Shown here in pieces: positions 14,701 through 28,234 of a DNA stretch of 64,000 nt; the stretch's first letter is position 1, and every line of letters begins with the position of its first letter. A model generated the notes under the pieces. That model did no database searches and had not been told where the DNA came from. It saw only the letters and a program-made list of their open reading frames with translations. The translations under genes and the position numbers were made by a program. Origin of the DNA: Macrostomum lignano (lineage: Eukaryota). Location: positions 124,001 to 188,000 of the forward strand of contig NIVC01002092.1 of NCBI GenBank assembly GCA_002269645.1, given 5' to 3'.

Positions 14701-15730
14701 ATTTACCTGACCCCTGCATTTCTGTTCTACCGCATCTGTATTTACCTGACCCCTGCATTTCTATTCTACCGCATCTGTATTTACCTGACCCCTGCATTTC
14801 TGTTCTACCGCATCTGTATTTACCTGACCCCTGCATTTCTATTCTACCGCATCTGTATTTACCTGACCCCTGCATTTCTGTTCTACCGCATCTGTATTTA
14901 CATGATCCCTGCATTTGTACCACACCTCTGTTTACATGATCCCCGCATCTATATCATAATTCTATCTTAAACAAAGTTTAAGTCTATCTAGACCCACTTT
15001 ACCCTAAAAGCCAACTAATTGATTACCGTTGCACCAAAGTCACTCCAAGCCAGTTCTCTTCCTCAAATATAGTGTAAAATATCGCCCCCACAAGAGTTGA
15101 GCAAGTCACCTGCTCCTTGCACAGGGTGCCCAGAGCGGCATACAGCACGGCTAGCCAGACGCCAGAGTAGTCGCGTCTAGCAGCGAAGGCCCTCAATGCC
15201 AGAAGGAACAGTGCGGCAGACAGCAGCTCCGCCCGGCCAACAACCCCGGCTACGGCCTCCGTGTGCACCGGGTGCAAGGCGAACAAGTAGGCAGCAACAG
15301 CGCTGGCCCGCTCTTGAACAATGCCGCTCAACAGGGCGCGACAAGCGGCCAGAAACATAGCAGAGACGAGAGCGTGCAGGCCCACATTGCCCAGATGATA
15401 GCCGAACGGGGCCAGCTCAGCCAATGCGTAGTTCAATCTAAACGTGAGCACAGTCAGCGGCCTGTAGGATTTGTGCGACTTCTCCTCGGCCATCGGGGTG
15501 CCCCAGAAATCGTTGCGAAACAGCTGCGTCCAGGGCACGTGCGGCCGAAGGTCTTTGTTGTCGCGAACTGCTGAGGCGTCATCGAACACAAAGTCGCAGT
15601 GCAGGCTGGTGACGTAGCAGGCAGCTGCTAGGATGGTCACGTACACCATGTGGTGATCGAATTTGACGCCAGACTCTTCAGCTTCATCGCTATGTGATGA
15701 GGACGATTTTGGCTTGCCAGAGGTAGGCAT
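8755..15730 (-). CDS. TMTC3: TMTC3-like protein O-mannosyltransferase (TM/DUF1736 + TPR), ~917 aa; exons 15110-15730, 13514-14307, 12425-12673, 10404-10944, 8755-9303
   Basis: All introns are GT-AG with consistent phases (0,2,2,0); total 2754 nt. Motifs include [88 protein letters not shown] and [13 protein letters not shown]. The TPR-region motifs match the TMTC3 paralogue as I recall it. Confidence 0.93.
9438..10300. repeat. Adjacent ~16-bp (taaacccgaaatatca) and 14-bp (tagcgagtgtttg(g/a)) arrays in TMTC3 intron 4
   Basis: The switch between arrays occurs at ~9775. Confidence 0.9.
10965..11337. repeat. 27-bp minisatellite ctatgaccctaagtaaactcgagtagt
   Basis: About 14 copies in TMTC3 intron 3. 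Confidence 0.92.
11443..12295 (+). mobile_element. Solo LTR (853 bp) in TMTC3 intron 3
   Basis: TG...CA ends; 5-bp TSD CTGCT at 11438-11442 and 12296-12300. Removing it restores the flanking repeat unit gagctgct-gtctatgacccc. Internal TATAAATA at 11652. Confidence 0.8.
12727..13441. repeat. 31-bp and 34-bp related minisatellites (…cccggacac) in TMTC3 intron 2
   Basis: Read directly. Confidence 0.9.
14395..14950. repeat. 39-bp minisatellite in TMTC3 intron 1
   Basis: tctattctaccgcatctgtatttacctga…, about 14 copies. Confidence 0.92.
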
Positions 15731-18639
15731 CTTGTATTGTATTTGGCATGAAATAATTGTGCACAAAAGTTTTAGATTTTTGAAAACTTCTGTATTGCAT
15801 TTCACAGTATTGTGGTTCAGGCAATATACACTGGCCATGCGAATTATGTCTACCCAATATACTAAAAATAGTTTGTCAGTATCTTTTTAACTAAGAGTGC
15901 AACTTAATTGCTTCCAGATACAACCTAGTTTACTTCAATATGAGTAGTTCAGTTGAAAATTCTTTCTTGTTATTATATTTCTTTTTTCCTTTTACTGCAT
16001 TGTCTATTTGTGTTTTCTTTTTTCATTTATTCTCTTATTTTCTCTTTTACCTTGCTTGATAATTACCCTTTTGTCTTTTCACTTTGGAGGAAGAGGTTCA
16101 ATATTGTGGCTTACACATTTCATCTGGCTAGTTTGGCTAGGTATTGCATATATATGATGGTAAGTTTAGTAATAACTTCCATTTAAATGAATAGCTACTT
16201 TTACAAAGTTGGTCTCAAAAAGGTTATAATTTTAATTTTTTATCACAGGTTCAAAATTAGCTTAATTTAATAGGCTTTTTTGAAAATAGAATGTTTATTT
16301 ATCAGTTTAAATTTACTTGCAGTATTCTTAATATGTATACATACACTTGTATACTTTTATTTACTTTATATACTTTTTATGTTCATTTCATGCCTACTAC
16401 AAATTTTAATACTCATATCTATATCTACAATATGTTAGGGGTCAGATAATATCAAAATTTTGAGATTTTTGAGACTCAAGATCTATACTTTTGAGATAAT
16501 TAAAATTCAAGATTAAGCCTAATTAACATCTAATATGCCTATTTATATTATTTTATCTATCATTGCCAATACTTTTAATTGTTAAATGTGCACAATGATA
16601 ATAATAGAAAAAAACTATCATTAATATATAATATTAACCTTAGTAGCTTGATATATATCATTTATCATATTTTAATATATTAATATTGTAGTCACAAACA
16701 TAATAGGCCCTAGTCACAGTCACAAATCTTGACTTTTTGAGATGTCAAAAAAACCAAGATTAAGATTTTAAACAGTGCCAAGATCTTGATAATCAAGATT
16801 GAAATTGAAATTACGATCTTGTCCAATCCTTATATATAATATATTTATTTATTGCTTTGAATAGCCTATTTTAACATAGATAATAAGCATTACATGTGCA
16901 ATACCCAGCCAAGCTAGTTGATCTAGCTGCCTAGCAAAGGCCTATCTCAAATATAGACAATACTAACTAGGTAATAAGGCATTTAGCTATAATATATATA
17001 TAAGCCTAATTATTTCTAATATTTACCCAAAATCATGTTAGGGAAAAGGCTAATTTTTGCTTAAGTTTCTTTTATATATAAGTTGCATGACTAGTTTAAA
17101 TCAGGGGGGGGGGCATTCTATACAAGTGGGAAAATTTTTATAAAGAAATAATATATGCATATATAGCAGTGCCAGTATGCAATATAAGCCTAACAAACTG
17201 TAGGACCTAGGGCCTAATAGCTAGGCCTAGGCCCCCTAGCAATATCATAGACATAGGTCTACCCATAGTACAAACATAAATAAATGAAAAAATTATGCAT
17301 AGGTCTAATTTAATATATAGTTATTCTATATCAAATAACATTTAAAAAATATTTATGCTTGTGTAAAGGCCTAGCCTAACTTAGGCCATTTGCTAAATAT
17401 TTTTTTATTAATTGCACATAGTAGAGACCTAGAATAAGAATAGGGCCTATTTTATCATATTGATCTTGCAAATATTAGATTTATAATGATCTGATCTTAA
17501 TGAATTACTAATGATATTTAAAAGAAAACATAATAGGCCTAGGCCTAACTAGATATAGGCCTAGTTTTTACTTTTGATTTTGACTAGAGCCTTGCAAAGC
17601 CATATAAGCCAAGGGGGCTTAAACCTTTTTTAATTCGACTAGGCTTTATTAAGCCTACCATCTTGCCACTAGGTCTAAGCTTGACTTATGACTGCTTACC
17701 AATATTATAAATATAGGCCCTAGGCCTAGGGCAGCTAGGGCCTAATAACTTAGGCTATTGCCGCCTATTCACAATCACCTTTACGCCTAATAATCTATAA
17801 AGGGCCTTATATATAATAGGCACTAGGCTGGGCATTGTCATGGTTTGAAAGGCCTATGCCCTAGCCCTATGGCCTATAGCCTTAGGCCTAACTAACTAAG
17901 CTAGGCCTACCTGGACTAACCTGGTCCTTTTTTCTATGAGAATAGTAGGCCTGTCTCTCTCATTGACATTGTCTAAGGCATAGGCATAGCTTGCCTGCTA
18001 GAAAAAGGATCATTTCACACACCCTAATTTTCACAACATTGAAACCAGAACCTTTCATAAGACCTATATTTCATAAACCTAATTTCACAACATTGAAACC
18101 AGAACTTTTTATAAGACATATTTCATAAACCTAATTTTCACAACGTCAAAAGTAAGCAATGCAGCACCCGCTTAAAAAATTGAAGCCGATTCCTGGTTAA
18201 ATTCCAAGTTAAACTGTGAATATTCAAGGTTTATCTAGGAATGAGTAGTAGTAGTTAAGTTGGCTCAGGCAAGAAGCCTGTTTGGCCAGTATATTTCTGT
18301 GTATTTAAGTTATTTTAGCATTAGTTGTTTAATTACGATTAAGTTCAAAAGGTTAAATTTTTACACGAGTTACGATGCGAGTTACGATATTTGTAAAATT
18401 ATTAAGGTATTTGAAAGAGCGTTTTTTGTAATAAGATGTAGTATTTTGCAAGCGCGCAATATTTCAAAGCGTGAAAAACGAACGAAAAATGAACAAAAAC
18501 GAACTTCGAAAGAACTTTACGTTAAACGAATAACGACGATTTAAATAGGTATTAGATAGGAAACTAATTAAATACTAATTAAATGCTAATTAAATAGGAA
18601 ATTAAGAAGACAGTAAATGAATAAACAAAAGAAAAGCGG

Positions 18640-19610
18640 ATTTATTACACTGCTGATATGTCTGTTTCAGTTTGCATAACTGTTTTAGCTATTCATGACT
18701 TCATATATTTTAGCTACACCAGTGAGCTCTTTTCTGACTCTTTTTTTCATTTGTAGCATATCCTAACTTGTGTACTTGCTTGTCATTTAAGAGGTACTGA
18801 CAGAAGTATTTTTTCTGATCTTTTCAGTTTGTGGACATTCGGTCAAGTAGTGTAGGATATCGGAACCATTTCTCGCTCCACACAGTCTACATGCTTCATG
18901 AGAGAAAATGTTGGGTGTAATTTCGCATTTCAGTTTTAGGAGGGTTGTTAGGAATTTTTTGTTTCTAAAAGTGCATGGAAAGTAATCTGAAAGGTACGTC
19001 GGGCCTGCAGATTTTTTTGTAGAGATAGGCGTTTTTGTAGAGTTTAATATGTTGCTGATTCTCTAGCTTTTGACTAAGTTCTCTCTCTCTGTGTATCTTG
19101 AGGTGCTTTTTCACTAGGTATTTCTCGTTATTAAAGCTTTGGGAAAGTTTATCTTCAGTTAGTGCTTTTAAGTCTATACTTTCCAGTTTCTTTAGTACAT
19201 TTGTTTTCCATGGATTTTTTTGGCTGGTGTTTGAGTAGAAAATTTCTAGTGTCGTTTGGCAAAGTTTTTGGTGTCTAATCTTCAGCCAGTAGGTAAGGTA
19301 GGTTTTAGCGATTCGTTGGGAGATTGGAGTAAGCTCAAGTTCTGATGATATCACACTGTTGCTAGCAAATTTTGGTAGATTGAGGAGATATTTGTAGAAT
19401 TTCAGCTGAATGTTATCAATAGCTTTTGTTTCAGAAATGGTAGCCAGAGGGCCCCAGAGCTCACAGCCGTACGTGATAACGGGGGTGACAAGCGCGTCGA
19501 ATAGTCTGCGAATGAGTGTGATGTCCAGGGACGTATTTTTGAGAGTTAATGAGAGAGTTAAGATCGATCGCTTCCAAGTTAAACTGGCGTTTGAATTCAT
19601 TGCACTTTAA
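18640..19610 (-). mobile_element. 5'-truncated non-LTR retrotransposon (post-RT region + CCHC finger), frameshifted
   Basis: LFDALVTPVITYGCELWG...IQLKFYKYLLNLPKFASN is a typical post-RT LINE ORF2 segment. Downstream CRLCGARNGSDILHYLTECP (~18830-18890). AATAAA near 18641. Confidence 0.75.
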
Positions 19611-20929
19611 CAAAGCACGATCAAAAAATTTGAAAAAATGACTGTTAAACTTAGCTAACTGTAAATTAATTTCAAAGTTTGAAGTTAAAATATTAGGCTA
19701 AACTTCTTTACACACATAAATGAAACGCAGCATAAAAAAGTAATAGATTTGAATGTTATCGCGCACTGCTCAGTCTATACATTTTTATTTTACAAGCGCG
19801 CGCATTCACTTGTACATAAATGAACTATCGAATTATCGCGCGAAATCTTTTGGGACATAACTTTAAGACCATAATGTATAAGATTTTACTACAGCCGCAT
19901 CTGGGACATGAGTTTAAAATTTTTATGCGGCTGAGACGCGGCTGAGACGCTGAGCAACATGGAAGTGCGCATTCTCAGTTTTTGCCTCAATCTTGAAATT
20001 AGCTTTCTTTTGTTCATTTCTACTATTTAAGAATATTAATAACCAAAATAATTAAAGATCTAAGCGATAGGTGTGCAACTATACTACTAATTACTGTTTA
20101 GTCCTTGGCTTGTGTGTCTTGCTATTTATACAGAATAGATATTTTATATAATATATCTTTTAAATTCTGTCTTGAAACTTTCATAGTAAAAGACACATTG
20201 AACACGAATTATGTTTGATAGTTATACTAATATATATATTAGCAAAATTTTAATTGCATTGTTATAATAAAAAATAATAGTTATAAAAATCTATAAGAAG
20301 CATTACTTTTTGTTACTCTATCCTCAACTTTAGCAGCCAAAACATGTAGTTTTTAAATGTAAGAACTATCTCAGCTTTTAGGTAGCTTTATTTTAAAGAG
20401 ATGTTTTTTGTACATATTTGAAATAAACAAATAAAATGGTTTACAGTTTTATAGTCACTCAAAATCCATCTAGAATTTAGGCATCTAGAATTCAGTATTA
20501 AATCATTATAAATCAATAAATAACTTTAAATCATTAAATCACAAAAATAACCTGTTTGCATGCACTTGCATTTGCACTTTGAGCTCCCATCATTTGATTT
20601 TTATCATTAGTAGTATTTTGTCCTTGTTATTTTTCATAAATTTTTTTAATTGTGATTAGTGACTTCTAGCTTTATCATGTCAGATAAAAAGCAATGTATA
20701 AGCTGTTGGGCATGTAGAAGCCGTCAAAAGCGAGCATAATTTTCTTGAATAATATAGGTATATTTGTCTGGAATAAGTAGAAAGTTTAAAAAGTACTAAC
20801 TGTAAAGTTGTAAAACTGCCAAAGTTGGTAGAAGAAACACAAAGGCTAATAAAAAATGTGCTTCACAAAAATAGTGCAGTACCATCGAAAAATATGACTA
20901 ATTTTATTTTCACTGTCCTTGCAGTTATT

Positions 20930-22101
20930 TCAGGTTGCACATGGAGCACCAATTAAACAAATGGTTTGTAGTCCGCTTTGCTCAGAATGCGATGCAAGCC
21001 GTCAATGAACAGGACTTGTGCGTCATTACTGCAGCGAGCAAAGAAGAGGCTCCTCTACGTCTACGCTACGGGAGGAAAGTACATGTAGCCGGACGCTCCT
21101 GAAGCAGTTTACAACCCGGGACTCTGATGGTCCCTGCTTTGCCTACCTTTGCGCTGATCAGGAACTGCCTCCCAATCATAGAGACGGTGAGAATGATATG
21201 CTGGACAGCGCCTGGCACTTATTTGTTACAGTAGGCGGCTAGCTTGCAAAACTATAGATTAGAAAATGTGGTATTAGCTGTACAGTATTTGTGTTATGTT
21301 TTGTTTTATGAATTTCCCTAACTTTTTAGGGGCGCCGACAATCGGCAACCGTGCGACTGGAGCAGATGAACAAAAAGCTCGATAAGTTGATCGAATTGTG
21401 CAGCGCCCAGAGTCACGGTGGTAGGACGGTTGGACAGGCTACACAAGAAAACACGCGGCCTGAGGCTGAACCACAGGACAGGTTGATGGAGGAGCAAAAT
21501 GGCATCGCGACTGGACAGGACGGCGATGAGGCGGCATGTACAAGTAATCTGGATGATGAGCTCCCGGCCGTAACAATAAACAAACAGCGACTCGACATCG
21601 CCATTCAGGCTAATGCTGCTGCGATCGATGCTACGGCAGCCACCAAGCTTTGTTACTAAGGAGCTGCTAATCGAACTTATAGGTATGAAGGCTTTTCAAA
21701 CTTAATTAACATGTCTGTCACTTCCTTGCAAATATAAAGAAATGATTATCATAATTTGAAGTTTTAGGTTTTGCAATTTTATAATAATAAAAGCGCACTA
21801 AAGGTTCGCCATTTATAAAAGTTAAAGTTCAACGGCACATTTATATTTGCTGTTTATTATCATATTTCAGGTCGTGATGCTCTTACATGCGACTCCGGCT
21901 CCTTTATGCAAGGACTACTTAAGTAGATGGATCGACGGAAGACTCAGAATTGGTGAAAATTTCATCGGAGGCCGATTTTTCAATGTATCTCCTGTGTACG
22001 CTATTGATCGACAATCCTCCGCCAGTACTGAGGCCCAGCTTGAAATGGCGAAGACGCTAGCTGTCCGCGGCGACTTACTCGACGAGCTGCTCGCCCCCTA
22101 G
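20930..22101 (+). pseudogene. Degenerate spliced ORF resembling DNA-transposon accessory (coiled-coil/BEN-like) proteins
   Basis: Exon-like blocks ~20934-21207, ~21331-21682 and ~21871-22101 are bounded by ag/gt. Peptides: MEHQLNKWFVVRF, RLEQMNKKLDKLIELC, FVTKELLIELIG|RDALT. Stops and frameshifts are present. Confidence 0.35.
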
Positions 22102-22835
22102 AAGCTAAGTGTGTCAGCTAACTGCATTCATTTACAAAAAAATCTTATAACATAAAATTTTTTGGATATAAATGCGATTCCCAAAACACACTGCTTTTTT
22201 ATTTCTTATTTTCTTCAGTTTCTACTTATAGACATATTGTGAATACATTCACGCATTCGCTCTTTCCCACGCGCATCTCCAACTGATCACTGTTCATTTT
22301 TCTTGCATTATGGTTAAAATTAAATAAAGAAATAATCGAGATTGGAGACCGTGTAAAAATTAAGAAAAAATTCTACGTTTTCGTCATTAAACAGACTCGT
22401 ATCCGTGATAAGAGTTATGTACTTTTGTTAAATTTAATTGTGTGAGAGTTAGCGTTGCTACGGCGGGAAAAAAACGGCCGAGATTTGGCGTCAGGGCTTC
22501 TAAATATGAAATTCCAAATTTACTACTACTGCAAAAAACTTTGCGCACTACTAACCGCAGTAGATCAATTTGGACATAACTCCTAAATTTCCGCGACGCT
22601 CATTAAATTAAACAATTCTTCCGTCTTCCTACTTTAACTAGGAACGTCTTCCGACTTACCTGATTGGCTGGCTAACATGGAAGAATAGAGTGATTTTAAA
22701 CCATGAATATGGCTTTCTGTTTTTTTCATGCACCGATCTGTTTCGCGATATTATTTTCGAGTTTGAAACAGTGCGTCAACATAGTGAAACAGCAGAAAAC
22801 GATAGGGCCTACCTACAGCCAAAAGGGATACAAAA

Positions 22836-23176
22836 TAGAGTCTAATAAGTAACAGTAACAGTTAAGGGACAGAAAACGCTGACATATGTCGCATAGAAAT
22901 TGATTCCAGTCTACTACTGTTGTGTGCGAAGTGTGAAACTCTGGGCCACCTGGTCAACAGACCTGTGCTCCAGGGACCACAATGTAAGGTTCAGCAGTTC
23001 TGCCGCAGGCCGTACCTCATTTGGTGGCACAATAAAACTTGGTGCTGCTGGTCGACCAGCCATGTTAAAGAAATTCGTGCAAATACGAGAGCGAGAGTCT
23101 AAGTGAAGTCAGTTAAATCAGAATGTCTTTAACAGTGTTACTGTCACTGTTACTGTTACTGTACTTGTCTGACTCA
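22836..23176. mobile_element. Putative MITE with imperfect (CAGTAA)n-containing TIRs
   Basis: Left gagtctaataagtaacagtaacagttaa versus reverse complement of right gagtcagacaagtacagtaacagtaacag...ttaa. No clear TSD. Confidence 0.35.
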
Positions 23177-23749
23177 CAAGACCTAAATTTCTCAACGTCA
23201 TGGCAATGGCTAGAGTTCCGGCACCGGAACCCATTTTCTAACAGCTACGGATCCGGCAGTGCCATTATAATATAGATAGAACATTATACTTTTCTTTCTA
23301 CAGGTGGCTGATATTGAGATTTTGTTCTAGATTAAAATTTAAGACGATATGATAAGATTCGGGACGAGATGCTTCTAATATTCAGACTTCTTAAGATATG
23401 TTCTTAGCAGTCTTTATATGCTATGTCTTTATATGGCGTGCATATTCTGCTACTGCATGCACTATAGTTTTTAAAGTCTTCTGATTAAGCTTCAGTCAGC
23501 AAGCAAATCAAGCTTTCTGGCTTGTACGAGCGATGGGCTCGGCATTCTAAAGCAAATCGAATCACCGTTAAAATTCCCTAGGCCTAGGTCGCAAATAATC
23601 CTCCATATTAGCAGGTGGCTCCATATCAGCAACAGCCATATGCAGCTCCACTGGAACAATTTCACAGACTACAGGCAAACTCCCGCGTTCTGCAAAGCCT
23701 AACCTGAACAGAAAAGTTTCTGAATACTCTGATCGCACTTTAAAAAAAC

Positions 23750-24160
23750 CGACCTCAGGGAGATGTGCATGGTCCTAACCGGCTATGGATTCTTCCAGAG
23801 ACATATCTCGTTGCGAACCGGTTTGCCCTCCCACATTATTTTCTGTGGCATGGAGAGGAGAGCATCACGTGACCTGTCCTAACTTCAAGGCGCGGCACAA
23901 ACTTCGGCCAACAGCCTCATGCAGTTGGATGGACGAGCTGAACATCCCAGACAACATCCGTGATCTTTGCGCCTTCGTCCGAGATTCCGGCCGGATGTAG
24001 GTCGCCAATGCCTCCTCCCCTGCAAACCTGCCAATTACTGGTCTTTTTCTGTCCTGGGGGGGGGGGTTCAGCCTAATCGCGGCGCCTGCGTTCTCCGCAA
24101 GTAGTAAGTAAGCCTTTGATCGGCGCCAAGTGACTCGTAGACGACAGTAAATAAAAATCG
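23750..24160 (+). mobile_element. 3' fragment of a non-LTR retrotransposon
   Basis: [12 protein letters not shown]...FCG...HHVTCP resembles the LTGHG + CCHC C-terminus of I/R1/Loa-type ORF2, here frameshifted. AATAAA at 24150. Confidence 0.55.
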
Positions 24161-26010
24161 ACCAGGACGGCTACGTTGCTTTTAAATCTATAAGGAATGC
24201 AGTATCCTACGGACTTCTATTTTCAAAGGCGAACAAAATAAGAAACTGAAGGCAAATAAAGAAACGAAGGATAATTTATGCCAAGTAGGCAAGTAAAATA
24301 AGTAGCGCAGTGTTTACACACTATTTGCAGTTCCATATTGTTTAGAAGTTCTCTGATCACCATGAAACAGAAATATTTTAATGCATGCTCAAATCCAAGC
24401 AATAAATAAGATCAATTTGGGACTATAGAAAAGCGTAAAAATGACAAGATGACGCAAGAATTGACAATAGCCTGTCAGCTAGCTAACAGTTTTGCAGAGA
24501 AAAATCATTGCTTAGCTTTGAATAAACAATCTGCTAACAATCACGCAGTGTCATCCGGGAAGGGGAAGCGAGCTGGGGGGCAGAAGTTGAATGGAGCGCC
24601 AGCTGGATGAGTTAATTTGAATGCGTGTCTGTCTGTATATCTGCCTATCGACAAAGCAATAGAATTGAGAATTTGCTATCTATCTAGTCTTCTAGATATC
24701 TAATAAGCAACTCCATTGAATTTCAGCATCCCACAGGTTAAAGCTGTCGTCGCATGCACAAAACACAGGGGCACGTCAGTCATGCAAGTCACAATGTAAC
24801 TCATCAGTGTGTCATTTTATTTCTTGAAGCATTTTAGTCAAAAACATGAAATATATTATATTGAGCCTACAGATACTGGCATGGGGACCCCATGCCGATA
24901 GTCCATGCAATACACAGGAACAGGCCATCATTAATTTACACAAAGTAAAGAGAAAAACAATAATAGCACCTGCAGATTAAGGTGTGCATTTTTGTAGTCG
25001 GTCAATAAAAAAGTAAAATTGAGAAACGTGGAGTCAGCGGTCACGTGGCCTTGCAAAGCGGAGTAGACAATAAAAAAATTAATTAATTAAATATGTTGGG
25101 AAATCCCTGCGATAAGAGGTGAAGAAGCAGCCACTCAGTCATAGGCTTACAGTTTTGGTATAGATAAAGCTTTATTCATAGGCAATGATAATAACAGCTA
25201 GGCAGGCCAACCAGAGCGTGAAGCTACTTTCCAATTCAGTAGTATCTATCTCTGCTTCTTCCTCGCATCCTATTGGTCCATTGATCCGTCCAATCAGCGC
25301 CCCTGGCGTCTATCTAGTAGTAGGCCTAGTGGAATCTCTAACCCTGGTTTTATTGCTTAGTACATTAGCCGCGATTGCAAATGTACATAGCTTCTATCAC
25401 GTGATTAGAATTTAAAATTGACCTTTCCTCAGCAAAAAGTAACTGTCTTATTTACTTGCTACTCAATGAAAAGTAGCAAAACTGGAATATCTAGTTTATT
25501 ATCTTTGCTACATGCGTAAAGAGTTGCGGAATAAATGTGAAAAATAAAACATCATTAGTTTGATGAAATTGCGGGCAAAACACACACACAGAGCTTGTCA
25601 TGGAGACATTAAATTTAAGCAAGCACATCCGACGCTTACTATGAGCGATTTCTATGCAAAGATGATCGATTTCCAGTTCGACCAATATTAAATATGCAAT
25701 GCCACCAAATATGTGATAACAGAAAACAATCTAGAGCAAATATTTTGACAATGCTACTTATAAGTAGTTTGATGCAGATAGCACTAAGTAGTCAGTTTTT
25801 AGAGGCGTATATGAATTGCGCAGAATTGGTACAGAAACAGCCATTTGGACAGGTGTTAAATTAGATTTACAGAAAATCAATAGTTAAATAAATAAGCACA
25901 TTAACACTCTCTGATTGACTGTGACTGATTTGATCGAAGAAAGAGCACATAGATACTGATTTACTATTGTTACTATAAGTAGTGCGTTGGTAAAGCAAGA
26001 GCTGCAGCCG

Positions 26011-27699
26011 TCATTCCGGTGGCAGCAGGCCAATATTGGCGGCGAACTCCAGCAGGGCCAGGTGGCAGAACACGTACTGCTCGGCTGTCTGGATGGAGCC
26101 GGCTCGCTGTTCCCTCAGCTTCAGCACGGTGCCAAGCAGGTCCACCTCGCCGGTGTCAACCAGGCGCCGCATAGCGATGTCGACAGTCAGGAAGGTGCCA
26201 GTCCGCCCGATGCCAGCCGAGCAGTGCACCAGCACGGGGCCGCGGCGCTCCTTTGCCACGCTGCGAACTTGATCGAGGAATTTCAGGAAGGATCCGGCGG
26301 CGTGCGGGATGCCAAAGTCCGGCCAGCTGGTGAACTGCAGGTGAGTGACGCTCCGGCAGCTGTCACGCTGCGTTATCGTCAGCTCGGTAGTTACTAAATC
26401 CTCTTGATCGTCTACTGATTGACACGTGACTGTGACGTCGCCGTACGTCTGCGACTCGCCTGGCGACTTCGGCCAGTACAGCGCGCACTTGGTTCGCCTG
26501 CCCTCCACTAGGCGGGTTGTCATGACGATGACGCCCACGTTGTTCTGCCAGACCATCGACCAGAAGTCCGGCACTGTGTGCGGCAGGGGGCCCTGTGGGG
26601 TTTGAGATAGGAACGGATTCGTGTGACCTGGAATTCGGATTGGAGACACCTGGGATTCGGATTGGAGACACCTGGGATTCGGATTGGAGACACCTGGGAT
26701 TTGGATAGGAGACACCTGGGATTTGGATTGGAGACACCTGGGATTTAGAATGGAGATACCTGGAATTCAGGATGGAGATACCTGGAATTTAGAATGGAGA
26801 TACCTGGGATTCAGGATGGAGATACCTGGAATTTAGAATGGAGATACCTGGGACTCCAGACAGTCGTTGCCTTTACCTGAGTGCAAATGTAGGCATTGGC
26901 CTGCTGGTAGCCATCCACCCAGTTGGCGTGCACATAATCCGAGTCACCGCCTTTCAGCCGCACCCGGCTAGCATCCAGACAGGGCACATCGGCGTACCGG
27001 TTCCTGTCCCGGTTGCGGCGAAACGCGTCGCAAGGCCGGTCGCTGCCCCGGTCGGGGCCCAGCTTGCTGTTGAATTCCTCAACCAGGCCTTCCCGTTGCA
27101 TAGCAGAGATGCGGGCAGCGAAGGCGGCCAGCGACATGCTTTTGCTTCGCGTATTCTTGTCGTCGTTGATTTTCGAGCCGCCGTCGCCGCTTCTCTTCTT
27201 CGACGGCGAATTGCCGCCGCTGCCGCCGCTGACGCCGCCGCCGTCGATGCTGGGTGACCGCTTCCGGCTGGAGCTGCCGTTGCCGCTGGCGCCGCTGGCG
27301 ATGACAACGGAGTCCGTCATGCTGACGCTGCCGTCAAGCAGCCAGTCGCCGCCTCCGCCGCCGCCAACGCCTCGGCCAGTTCCGGCGCTGCCGGAATCGT
27401 CAGTAAGGCTGCTGGTGTCGGAGGCGGCGCCTGACCCAGATTGGAGCCCGCCGCCGACGCCGCCGCGAGTGAAATAATCGGGCGGCAGGGTGCGGCCCAT
27501 TCGGCGGCAGGCCTCGCGCAGCCAGGCCTGGTGGTCGTGCGCCCGGGTGCCGCCCAGGCTGCCTGGCAGAACCTCCAGCGGCAGGTGGCTGCTGATGGTG
27601 CTGCTGTTCACTATGAACACCCGGTCGCGTGGCTTTTCGCGCACGAACATCCGCAACACCTGAGAGATGGCGAATGAATAGATAGATAGATAGATAGAC

Positions 27700-27734
<35 letters not shown>

Positions 27735-27735
27735 C

Positions 27736-27782
<47 letters not shown>

Positions 27783-27783
27783 C

Positions 27784-27834
<51 letters not shown>

Positions 27835-27835
27835 C

Positions 27836-27914
<79 letters not shown>

Positions 27915-27915
27915 C

Positions 27916-27946
<31 letters not shown>

Positions 27947-27947
27947 C

Positions 27948-27986
<39 letters not shown>

Positions 27987-28036
27987 CAGATAGATAGATA
28001 GATAGATAGATGGATAGATGGATAGATGGATAGATG

Positions 28037-28070
<34 letters not shown>

Positions 28071-28123
28071 CAGATAGATAGACAGGCAGACAGACAGGCA
28101 GACAGACAGACAGGCAGACAGGC

Positions 28124-28156
<33 letters not shown>

Positions 28157-28163
28157 GGCAGGC

Positions 28164-28234
<71 letters not shown>

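Noticed and set aside
24878-24896. Perfect 9-bp hairpin ggcatgggg-a-ccccatgcc
   Set aside because: Isolated and short; compatible with chance or a MITE remnant.
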